Positions 18,145-25,599 of a stretch of DNA of 32,000 nt are shown here, piece by piece (positions within the stretch are counted from its first letter, which is position 1; each line of letters starts with the position of its first letter). Location of the stretch: contig NC_017080.1 of the NCBI RefSeq assembly GCF_000284115.1, forward strand, positions 2,670,001 through 2,702,000, in the 5' to 3' direction. Origin of the DNA: Phycisphaera mikurensis NBRC 102666. GTDB taxonomy: Bacteria > Planctomycetota > Phycisphaerae > Phycisphaerales > Phycisphaeraceae. A program made the translations under genes and the position numbers. The notes beneath the pieces were generated by a model that saw only the letters and a list, made by a program, of their open reading frames with translations, did not search any database and was not told the DNA's origin.

Positions 18145-18594
18145 ATGCCCGCCACCGAAGAATCCGCCGAATCCCTCCCGCCCGCCCCGCTGCCCTTCGC
18201 CCCGCACGCGGCGGCGCGTCGGCAGGAGCGGCTGAAGCTGCCCGCGATGTACACCCAGGTCCGGGCGAAGCAGCCCGGGGCCGCGCGGTACACGCTGTCG
18301 GGCCACCTCTACGACGTGTCGATGACGGGCCTCCGCTTCGAGCTCGACGAGCCGCTGCCCGCCGGCCAGCACCTGCACTTCCGCGTGCAGCTGCCCGGCG
18401 AGGAGCAGGCGACCGTCCGCCTGGAAGGCTCGATCGTCCGCCTGCACGACGAGAGCAACGAGCCCGGGCCGGTTCGCATGGGGGCGCAGATCGTGAAGTT
18501 CCTCTGGCCGACCGACCGGACGATCCTCGAGGACTACCTGCAGGCCCGAGGCGTCTCCACCGGCGGCGAGAGCACGATGCGCCTCGCGGCCTAG
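18145..18594 (+). CDS. PilZ-domain protein (putative c-di-GMP receptor, 149 aa)
   Basis: This is the in-frame ATG within the long artefactual ORF 17011-18594. The RxxxR motif (RRQER) and the D-x-S-x-x-G motif (DVSMTG) have the spacing expected for PilZ. Confidence 0.75.
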   Translation: MPATEESAESLPPAPLPFAPHAAARRQERLKLPAMYTQVRAKQPGAARYTLSGHLYDVSMTGLRFELDEPLPAGQHLHFRVQLPGEEQATVRLEGSIVRLHDESNEPGPVRMGAQIVKFLWPTDRTILEDYLQARGVSTGGESTMRLAA

Positions 18595-18616
18595 CCGGCC
18601 TCGGCTTCAGGCCGGC
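18594..18616. terminator. GC hairpin between the convergent PilZ and (pre-insertion) hemolysin-III genes
   Basis: A 7-bp stem pairs GCCGGCC (18594-18600) with GGCCGGC (18610-18616) around a 9-nt loop. There is no T-tract. It may act as a bidirectional stem-loop. Confidence 0.35.
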
Positions 18617-18627
18617 CTAGTGCCGCG

Positions 18628-19341
18628 TCACGCCGCGATCCGCGGGTAGAGGCTCAGCAGCTTGATCCGGGCGTCATCGGCGGTGAACTGCCAGTGCACG
18701 CCTCGCTGGCTCTGGTTGCGAGCGGCCGCCCAGGCTCGGGCCTCGCGATCGATCTCCTGGATGGTGTCGATCCGTCGGCCGAGGCATTGCCTTGAGAGCA
18801 CACTCAGTTCGCACTCGGCGATGTTCAGCCACGAACCGTGGGCCGGCGTGTGCACCAGCTCGATCCGCTCAGCGATCCGCCGCGCCTCTGCTGCCTCAAA
18901 TGCTTCGTACAACGACGCGATCCTGTGGGTGTTCAGGTTGTCGCACACCAGGCGGATCCGCGTCGCTGACTCATAACGCGGGGCGTCCACCAACGCCTGG
19001 ATCTGGTGGGCCCAGTCCGCCGCGGTGCGTCGCCGACTGGTCCGAACGTCCCGCCACCCAGCCAACGGCTCGGTGAACATCCACAGGTTGCAGGTGCCGT
19101 GCCGCACGTACTCGTGGTCCTCGATCCGACGGCCGGTGGAGTCGGTGAAGCGGCGGCGGGTCTCGCCGATGAGCTGCTTGGGCTGCTCGTCCATGCACAC
19201 CACCGGCAACGCCGGGTCGTAGGCGAGCGCGTACAGGCACAGCACCGCCTCCATGGCCGCCACGAACGCCGCGGACTGCTCCGGCGGGATGCACCACATC
19301 TTCTTCCTCCACGGCTTCAGACCGTTTTTTGAAGAGCGCAC
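18628..19341 (-). CDS. IS630 transposase orfB (DDE catalytic part)
   Basis: It contains KNGLKPWRKKMWCIPP. The DDE residues lie in VVCMDEQP, LVCDNLNTH and SWLNIAECE. The ORF is in the -1 frame relative to orfA, and its stop abuts the left inverted repeat. Confidence 0.8.
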   Translation of the reverse strand: MRSSKNGLKPWRKKMWCIPPEQSAAFVAAMEAVLCLYALAYDPALPVVCMDEQPKQLIGETRRRFTDSTGRRIEDHEYVRHGTCNLWMFTEPLAGWRDVRTSRRRTAADWAHQIQALVDAPRYESATRIRLVCDNLNTHRIASLYEAFEAAEARRIAERIELVHTPAHGSWLNIAECELSVLSRQCLGRRIDTIQEIDREARAWAAARNQSQRGVHWQFTADDARIKLLSLYPRIAA

Positions 19342-19781
19342 CGCACCGCTTCGCGGCTGATCGAGTCCACCACCTTCAGCTCCACCAGCCGGCCGGCCAG
19401 GAGGCGGAGGCTCCAGCGATCATGGCCCTCGGGCGGGTCCGAGCAGGCGATCGTCACCAGCTGAGCTTCGCCTACGCCGTCGAGCTTGCGTTGCATCGCG
19501 CGGTCTTGAGGCTTGCGTTCGAGCAACGAGAGCGGACCTTCCTCGACAGCCTTCTTCCGCCAGCCCTCCACAGTGCGGACACCCGCGTCGAAAGCCTCGG
19601 CGATCTGCTCGTCGGTCCAGGCCGGAGCGCCGGGCGATTCGTCGCACTTGAGCAGGGCTTGCGCCCGCTGGATCTTCCAGCCGGCGACGCGGCCGCTGCG
19701 GACCAGCGTGGTCAGCTGCTCCCGCTCGTCGTCGGTGAGGTGGACGTGGTAGAGCTTCCGATTCTTGAGCTTCGCAGCCAT
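19317..19781 (-). CDS. IS630 transposase orfA (HTH DNA-binding part)
   Basis: ATG at 19781 is preceded by GGAGG. The sequence MAAKLKNRKLYHVHLTDDEREQLTTLVRSG...WTDEQIAEAF...VEGWRKK shows typical IS630 N-terminal HTH modules. It ends in ...CALQKTV*. Confidence 0.8.
   Translation of the reverse strand: MAAKLKNRKLYHVHLTDDEREQLTTLVRSGRVAGWKIQRAQALLKCDESPGAPAWTDEQIAEAFDAGVRTVEGWRKKAVEEGPLSLLERKPQDRAMQRKLDGVGEAQLVTIACSDPPEGHDRWSLRLLAGRLVELKVVDSISREAVRCALQKTV
19325..19330 (-). promoter_or_regulatory. A6 slippery run: putative -1 frameshift or transcriptional-slippage site joining orfA and orfB
   Basis: The minus strand reads CTT CAA AAA ACG GTC TGA in the orfA frame. A -1 slip on AAA gives ...CALQK-NGLKPWRKKMWCIPP, matching the conserved junction of single-ORF IS630 transposases. 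The fused product would be 384 aa by my codon count. Confidence 0.6.
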
Positions 19782-19864
19782 CCTTGGCCTCCGTTGCATT
19801 TGGTGGTGAACACGTGCACGGTGACGCTACACGCCTCACCCGCAGATCGGCGGCAGCCGCGGCA

Positions 19865-20545
19865 CTAGCCGGCCGCGGCGGCCGCGATCGCCCGCTCCAC
19901 CGCGACCAGGTGGCACCCCGCCCCGCCCACCACGAAGCCGTGCCAGATCGCGTGGTTGAAGGGCAAGCCCTCCATCAGGAAGAAGACGACGCCGACGGTG
20001 TAGACGACGCCGCCGGCCAGCAGCCAGGCCAGCGACGCGGGCGGGATCGCCGCGACGGCCGGGCCCGCGACCGGCAGCATCATCCAGCCCATCGCCAGCT
20101 TCAGCCCCAGCTGCACCCACCCGAAGCGGTGGAAGTGCCGCAAACAGATCCAGACGCCGACGGCGGCGAGCGTCCACTGCGTGGCGGCGAGGCCCAGCCC
20201 CACCGCCCCGCCGATCACCGCCACCGCGAAGGGCGTGTACGTCGCCGCGATCGCGGCGTAGATCATCGCGTGGTCGGCGCGGCGGGCGCGGTCCTTCCGC
20301 GGGCCCTCCGCGTGCAGGTGGTACGCCGCCGACGCGGCGAAGGTGACCGCCATGGCGAGAGCGAAGAACACGCCCGTCCAGACGAGCACCGGCGGCGCGG
20401 CCGACGGCGAGCCGACCGCCAGCCAGACGCCGGCGAGTGCCGCCAGCACCGCCGCCGCCGCGTGCGAGGCGAGGTTCGCCCGCTCCTCCGCGGGCGTCGG
20501 CGAGCTGGGCAGCTGCGGGTTGGGGAACCATCTCGACAGCCGCAT
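19865..20545 (-). CDS. Hemolysin-III / PAQR-family membrane protein
   Basis: The protein has 7-TM-like hydrophobic blocks with the conserved SAAYH, DHAMIY and HAIWH histidine motifs. Its TAG stop is formed across the IS630 junction and would be identical before insertion. Confidence 0.85.
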   Translation of the reverse strand: MRLSRWFPNPQLPSSPTPAEERANLASHAAAAVLAALAGVWLAVGSPSAAPPVLVWTGVFFALAMAVTFAASAAYHLHAEGPRKDRARRADHAMIYAAIAATYTPFAVAVIGGAVGLGLAATQWTLAAVGVWICLRHFHRFGWVQLGLKLAMGWMMLPVAGPAVAAIPPASLAWLLAGGVVYTVGVVFFLMEGLPFNHAIWHGFVVGGAGCHLVAVERAIAAAAAG

Positions 20546-20596
20546 CGGCCGACCCTACGCGCCCCCGGCCCCGCCGCGGAGCCCATACTGCCGGCC

Positions 20597-22654
20597 ATGC
20601 CGAAGCCGCTCCGTCCGGCCGTTCTCTCGCTCCTGCTCTGCGGCCCCGCGGCCGCGCTCACGCTCCACCCGACCCTCGGCAGCCACGCCGTGCTGCAGCG
20701 GGACCGGGCGGTGCCGGTCTTCGGGTCCGACGTCCCGGGCAGCCGGGTCCGCGTGACGCTGCTCGACGGCGGGCGCGAGCTGGCCTCGGCGGAGGCCATC
20801 ACCCGCGACGACGGCCGCTTCGCGGTGGAGCTCCCGCCGCAGCCGGCGGGCGGGCCGTACGCGATCGACGTGGTCCGCTTGCCCGCGGCGGGACTCTCCG
20901 AGGTGGCGCAGCGGATCGACGACGTGCTCTTCGGCGAGGTCTGGGTCGCCTCGGGCCAGAGCAACATGCAGTGGCCCGTCTCCCGCTCCGACGGCGGCGG
21001 GGCCGCGGACGCGGAGCCGATCGCCGGCGTGCGTCACCTGCAGGTCGAGCGGACCGCGGCGCCGAAGCCCGCCGACGCGCCCTCGTCCGCGGCCTGGCGG
21101 AGGACCGAGCCGGGCCACACCGCCGGCTTCAGCGCCGTCGCCCACCACTTCGCCCGCGAGCTGCACGCCGAGGCCGGCGTGCCCGTGGGCATCCTCCACG
21201 CCAGCTGGGGCGGCACGCCCGCCGCCGCCTGGACGCCGCGGCCCGCGCTGCGCAGCACGCCGGAGACCGCGCCGCTGATCGAAGCGGACGACGCGGCGGC
21301 CGCCACGCCCCACGACGCCGCGGCCCGGGCGGAGGCGCTCGCCGCCTGGGAAGCCCGCCACGCCCCCGGCGGGCCCGAGTCGCCGCGTTGGCTGGATCCG
21401 GGCCTGGAGCCCGGCGAGATCCGCTACGCCGCCACCGCGTACGACGACGGCGACTGGGCCCCCGTGGACCTTCCGGTCTCGATCGAGTCGCTTCCAGGGG
21501 CCGATCCCGCCGGCGTCGATGGAGCCGCCTGGTTCCGCAAGCGGGTCGCGCTCCCCGCGGCTCTGCGCGGGCGAGCCCTGACGCTGCGCCTCGGCCGGAT
21601 CGACGACGCCGACACCGCCTTCGTCGACGGGGTGGAGGTCGGCCGCACGCCGCAGACGCTGCCCAGGCCCTACGCCGTCGAGCGGGCGTACGCGGTGCCC
21701 GCGGCCGCCACCGGGGACGGCGAGCTGGTGATCGCGGTCCGCGTCTTCGACGACTACGGCGAAGGCGGCTTCACCGGGCGGCGCGAGGATCTCCGGCTCG
21801 GTGCGGAGGGCGTCGCCCCGCTCGCGATCGCGGACGGCTGGCGGGCCCGGATCACCGGCCCGCGCAAGCCGCTGGGGCGGCCGGTGGTGGCACCGCCCGG
21901 GGAGCCGGGGCCGCCCGCGCAGAACCGCCCCGCCTTCCTCTACAACGGCATGATCGCCGGCCTCACCCGCACGCCCGTCGCCGGGATCATCTGGTACCAG
22001 GGAGAGAGCGACGCCGGCGAGCCGGAGCGGTACCGGACGCTGTTCCCGCTGCTGATCCGCAGCTGGCGCGAAGCCTGGGGCCGGCCCGCGCTGCCCTTCC
22101 TCTTCGTCCAGCTCGCCCGCTTCCGCGCCCCGCTCGGCGAGGCGTTCCGCGATGACGGCTGGGGCCCGATCCGCGACGCCCAGGCCCACGCCAACGCGAC
22201 CGTCCCGGCCACCGGCATGGCCGTGATCCTCGACCTCGACGACCCCGACTTCAACGACATCCACCCCGGCAACAAGACCGACGTCGGCCGGCGGCTCGCC
22301 CGCCTGGCCCTCCGCGACGTGTACGGGCGGGACGTCGCCGCCGAAGGTCCGCGCGTGGCCGGCGTCGTGCGCCGCGGGCGAGCCGCCGTCGTCCGCTTCG
22401 ACGCCGCCGCCCCCCCGCTCCGCACCGACGACGGCGCCGCCCCCGCCGAGTTCTGGCTGCGTGCCGCCGACGGCACGATCGCCCGCGCCGCGGCCGCGAT
22501 CGAGCCCGCCGGCGACGCCCTCCGCCTGACCGCCCCCGGCGTCGACGAGCCCGTCGAGGTGATCTACGCGTGGGCCACCAACCCCATCGGCGTCAACCTC
22601 ACCGACGGCACCGGCCTGCCCACCGCCCCCTTCCGCCTCCCGATCGCGGACTGA
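20597..22654 (+). CDS. Sialate O-acetylesterase-like (SASA/DUF303) secreted carbohydrate esterase (685 aa)
   Basis: I took the internal ATG (20597) of artefactual ORF 19784-22654, which gives the signal-like N-terminus MPKPLRPAVLSLLLCGPAAA. Family motifs present are VWVASGQSNM, GILHASWGGT, IIWYQGESD and DIHPGNK. Confidence 0.8.
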   Translation: MPKPLRPAVLSLLLCGPAAALTLHPTLGSHAVLQRDRAVPVFGSDVPGSRVRVTLLDGGRELASAEAITRDDGRFAVELPPQPAGGPYAIDVVRLPAAGLSEVAQRIDDVLFGEVWVASGQSNMQWPVSRSDGGGAADAEPIAGVRHLQVERTAAPKPADAPSSAAWRRTEPGHTAGFSAVAHHFARELHAEAGVPVGILHASWGGTPAAAWTPRPALRSTPETAPLIEADDAAAATPHDAAARAEALAAWEARHAPGGPESPRWLDPGLEPGEIRYAATAYDDGDWAPVDLPVSIESLPGADPAGVDGAAWFRKRVALPAALRGRALTLRLGRIDDADTAFVDGVEVGRTPQTLPRPYAVERAYAVPAAATGDGELVIAVRVFDDYGEGGFTGRREDLRLGAEGVAPLAIADGWRARITGPRKPLGRPVVAPPGEPGPPAQNRPAFLYNGMIAGLTRTPVAGIIWYQGESDAGEPERYRTLFPLLIRSWREAWGRPALPFLFVQLARFRAPLGEAFRDDGWGPIRDAQAHANATVPATGMAVILDLDDPDFNDIHPGNKTDVGRRLARLALRDVYGRDVAAEGPRVAGVVRRGRAAVVRFDAAAPPLRTDDGAAPAEFWLRAADGTIARAAAAIEPAGDALRLTAPGVDEPVEVIYAWATNPIGVNLTDGTGLPTAPFRLPIAD

Positions 22655-22712
22655 CAACGCTCCAAAAACCGCGGATCGCGACGCCCAAGACAACAAACCC
22701 CCCACGGTCCGC

Positions 22713-22733
22713 GGGCCCGGGGCCCGGGGCCCG
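22713..22733. repeat. GGGCCCG x3 tandem heptamer (self-complementary) downstream of the esterase gene
   Basis: Read directly at 22713-22733. The GGGCCC palindromes could form a stem. There is no T-tract. Confidence 0.6.
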
Positions 22734-22800
22734 GAACAGGGACGACCCAACTTCAACTCAGGGGAAGGAAGGGGGAAGAAAGTGGGGAAGAAAGGGTGAG

Positions 22801-24657
22801 GAAGAAAGGGTGACAGCCACGAGGAAGGAAGGGTGGCAGCCACGAATGGCACTGCCGGCTTCTGGCATTCGCAGGCCGCATGCCGCGCCTCCCGCTGGTG
22901 TTTCCACAGCCGCCGCGAGATTCGCAGCAACGCCACGATCTTCGGACGCAGCTTGTTTGCCCGGGGCTCCTCCCGATCCGGCCGGTGCCCCACACGCACC
23001 GCACACGGTCCCGACTCGCCGGCCTGCCGCGTCGCGGAGGTCGCGGGTCGGATCGCCAACGCCACCCAGCCCGCCGCGGCCAGCTGCATCCCCAGCATGA
23101 AGCTCGCCGTCCGCGGAGACCGGCCCGGACGCCTCGCCGCGATTGCCTCGGCCATCCGCTGGCGGATCAGGTTGTTCGCGAGGATCCCGCACCACAGCTC
23201 CGTGAGCACCATCCGCGGGGTCTTCGCCCGCAGCCGCTCCAGGTTCAGGCTGCACTTGAGCACGCGGAGGTCCAGCTCCACCAGCCAACGCCCCCGGTAG
23301 AGCTCGCGGATCCAGTCCGCGTCGTCCACCCCGGGATCCAGCATCGTCGTCGCGACGGTGAATCCCTCGGGCCGGCTGGAGCCGCCGGGCTTCACGCCGA
23401 TCAGGCGCACCTTGATCTCCGCCGCGAAGCCGGCGAACTCCTCGGGCGTCATCCACTCCGGCCGGCACCTGGGCTTCACCCACACCACCCACCGCTGCGA
23501 GCGATCCCCGGGCACCGACTCGGCCCCGGGCGGGCGGTTCTCCCGCTTGTGGTGGTTCTTCATCACCACGTCGATGCCGCGCCGCTGGCACGCGGCGAGC
23601 AGCCAGTACGTGCAGTGGAAGGAGTCGGCCACGAGGACGTCCCCGGGCTTGAAGCCGTCAAGCAGCTGGCGGAGCAACGCCGTTTCTCCGGTGGCCTTGC
23701 CGCTGTACGGCCCGACGACCAGGTCGAGCACGCACCCGGTGAACACGGACGTCACCACCAAACAGCGCAGGATCGGGAAGCCCAGGCCCTGCTTCTGCGC
23801 CGGGTTCTGCGGGAACACCGCCTGGTTGGCGGGGGTGTCGGCGGCGGTGACGGTGCAGCCGTCGATGAGGTGGATCGACCGGCCACGGGCTCCGTCGCGG
23901 ATCCGCTTCTGCTGAGCCGCCAGGTTCCGGGGGTCGTTGCGGTTTCGGTCTTCCGCGCCATCGGGCTCGGCGTCGAGAGCCGCCGCGGCGTGCGCCTCGG
24001 CTTCGTCGTGGATCTCTCGGCAGACGTCGCGGACCGCGGCGCTGGTGATCTTCGCACGCGCCCGGCAGTACGCCCCGGTGTTGAGCTCGGTGACCTTGCC
24101 GCACGCCTGGCCGAAGAAGGTGAGCACGCGTGCGACGGCGGCCGCGCAGCTGCGCTGCTCGTTGGCGTGGAAGCACGAGGAGACCATGGCCCACAGCGTG
24201 ATCGCGGGGGTGTAGACCGCGCCGTCGGCCACGCCGAAGCGGATGCCGTGGCGGTCGAAGATGGCCTGGATCTTCGCACCGGCGAGGCGGGCGACATCGG
24301 CGTGGCGTCCCATGGACGCGGCGATGAGGCAGAAGGAGATGCTTGCGGGCGTGGAAGATCCCGCGGCCGAAGCCGCGGGATCCGACGCCGCCTGGCGTAC
24401 AACAGGCATGGACCGTCCTTGGTCGAGAAGGTTGCCGCCAACGCCCAAGGAGATCCTGCCGGCCTGAGCGTACCCGCCAAGGCTCCTGCCCACGCGCCCC
24501 GCGGAGACAGCCGGCGACACGAGCTTCGACGCAGGAACACGGCTTCAACGCCGGGACGCCGCCTGCGCTGCGCGACCCCTGCAACCGCCGCTCAGGGGCT
24601 CAAGACCGGGCAGTGCCATTCGGTGCTGACACCTTCTCCGCTGACACCTTTTCCGCT
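22801..24657 (-). mobile_element. IS4-family insertion sequence; minimal element 22841-24625, with motif-bearing subterminal regions extending to about 22801 and 24657; exact ends unresolved
   Basis: The core inverted repeat is CAC-GAATGGCACTGCC (22841-22856) against the reverse complement CACCGAATGGCACTGCC (24609-24625). Outside each core, in inverted orientation, sit two copies of a GGA(A/G)(A/G)AGG(G)TG(A/T/G)CAGC motif. I could find no direct target duplication for either boundary model. Confidence 0.7.
22841..24409 (-). CDS. IS4-family DDE transposase (start ATG 24409 after AAGGA; no in-frame stop inside the element)
   Basis: The N-terminal IS4-type segment is AVYTPAITLWAMVSSCF...RSCAAAV. 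The DDE residues lie in IHLIDGCTV and VLVADSFH, and the Y-2-R-3-E-6-K signature is YRGRWLVELDLRVLK. The tail RVGHRPDREEPRANKLRPK is typical. The frame stays open down to 20555, so the 3' coordinate here is simply the outer edge of the core inverted repeat. Confidence 0.75.
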
Positions 24658-24768
24658 GCTCCGGCACCCGCGAGGGCTTCATACGCGCAGCCCCGCCGCT
24701 CCTCGCGAGGCTGCGCGTACCACGCCGGGGGAATGCGCTTTTCCGGGATCGGCGGGACGGTACGCCGC

Positions 24769-24824
24769 GGGTTCGCCGGGGCCTAGACACGGGGCTCGCT
24801 CGGCCTAGACACGGGTTCGCCGGG
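24769..24824. repeat. 22-bp tandem repeat x2.5 (GGGTTCGCCGGGGCCTAGACAC / GGGGCTCGCTCGGCCTAGACAC / GGGTTCGCCGGG)
   Basis: Read directly. GCCTAGACAC occurs at 24781 and 24803, and GGGTTCGCCGGG at 24769 and 24813. Confidence 0.6.
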
Positions 24825-24954
24825 TAGGTTGCTCTGTCACCGGAGCCGGAGGCGCTCCGTTGCGAATGGCTTCCGCCGGACGCTCGGCGGCGACGGGGAG
24901 GCCAAGGCCGCCCGCCAAGACGACAACAACGATGTGAAGAGCAACACGGGGCAT
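24805..24954 (-). CDS. Possible small secreted/membrane peptide (49 aa); not in the supplied ORF track
   Basis: My translation is MPRVALHIVVVVLAGGLGLPVAAERPAEAIRNGAPPAPVTEQPTRRTRV*. It has a hydrophobic N-terminal segment. The start lies 56 nt downstream of the lipoprotein stop on the same strand, in the lower-GC region. There is no homology evidence. Confidence 0.25.
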   Translation of the reverse strand: MPRVALHIVVVVLAGGLGLPVAAERPAEAIRNGAPPAPVTEQPTRRTRV

Positions 24955-25010
24955 GGCGTCTCCATCAGCGGCCAACATCCGGTGTCACGGTATGCGCTAC
25001 CTGAAGGCGG

Positions 25011-25580
25011 TCACCACAGCGGGTCGGGGTCCGAGATCCTCAGGTAGAGATCGAGGGTCAGCTCGGGCTTGCCCCGCGGGCGCCTGGAGACGTCGAGCGA
25101 GATCCCGTTGGGTGTGTCCAGGTCTTTGTAGATCGAGAGGCTCGCCGAGCCGTCGCTGATCTCTCGGTAAGCAATCCCGGTGACGAGTTCTTCTAATGCC
25201 GTGGCCTCTCGCTCGCTGACCGTCCGGCCCGTCGCTCGGATGAGGCTGAGTGCGAGTTCAGAGACCTCCGGTGCTTCCATGACATCCCGACCCGCGAAGA
25301 GGTAGTAGCCGAGGCTCTCGGGCGACCATTGCTCCTTCTTGGAGATTGTTCGGTAGGCGTAGCGCGCCGCGGGCTCCGTGCCACCCGGAGACTTAATGAC
25401 CACCCACCCCGGGCCGTCGCTTTCGATCAGGCTGTATTCAGTCCAGGCAAGGGTTCGCATCGGTGGAGTCGCATCAATCCACCTGTCTTCCAGCGACCGG
25501 ACGACGATCTCTATGGGAGGATCCTCCGCTCTCCCGCACCCCATCGCGCTCGCGAAGACGAGAGAAACTGCAAGCGTCAA
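25011..25580 (-). CDS. Orphan putative lipoprotein (about 189 aa if TTG 25580 is the start), with lower GC than its surroundings
   Basis: The lipobox-like N-terminus is (M)TLAVSLVFASAMG-C-GRAED. The remainder has ordinary globular composition (…WTEYSLIESDGPGWVVIKSPGG…YKDLDTPNGISLDV…). A 60-nt spot count at 25141-25200 gives 57% G+C. The rest of ORF 25011-25946 upstream of 25580 is just the translated repeat array. Confidence 0.5.
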   Translation of the reverse strand: MTLAVSLVFASAMGCGRAEDPPIEIVVRSLEDRWIDATPPMRTLAWTEYSLIESDGPGWVVIKSPGGTEPAARYAYRTISKKEQWSPESLGYYLFAGRDVMEAPEVSELALSLIRATGRTVSEREATALEELVTGIAYREISDGSASLSIYKDLDTPNGISLDVSRRPRGKPELTLDLYLRISDPDPLW

Positions 25581-25599
25581 TGCTGGCGGGATACAGAGG

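Larger units (their letters stand above)
18620..19865 (-). mobile_element. Complete IS630-family insertion sequence (1246 bp) with a TA target-site duplication in a CTAG target
   Basis: The terminal inverted repeats are imperfect (~28 bp). The left end is GTGCCGCGTCACGCCGCGATCCGCGGGT and the reverse complement of the right end is GTGCCGCGGCTGCCGCCGATCTGCGGGT. TA flanks both ends (18618-19 and 19866-67). The flanks reconstruct to ...GGCCGGC-CTAG-CCGGCC. Confidence 0.85.

Noticed and set aside
20555-22840. The part of the 1321-aa minus ORF downstream of the IS4 end, considered as genuine coding sequence
   Set aside because: It is antisense to the well-supported esterase gene and lies outside the IS inverted repeat. 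It is low-complexity. I report it only as a read-through oddity.
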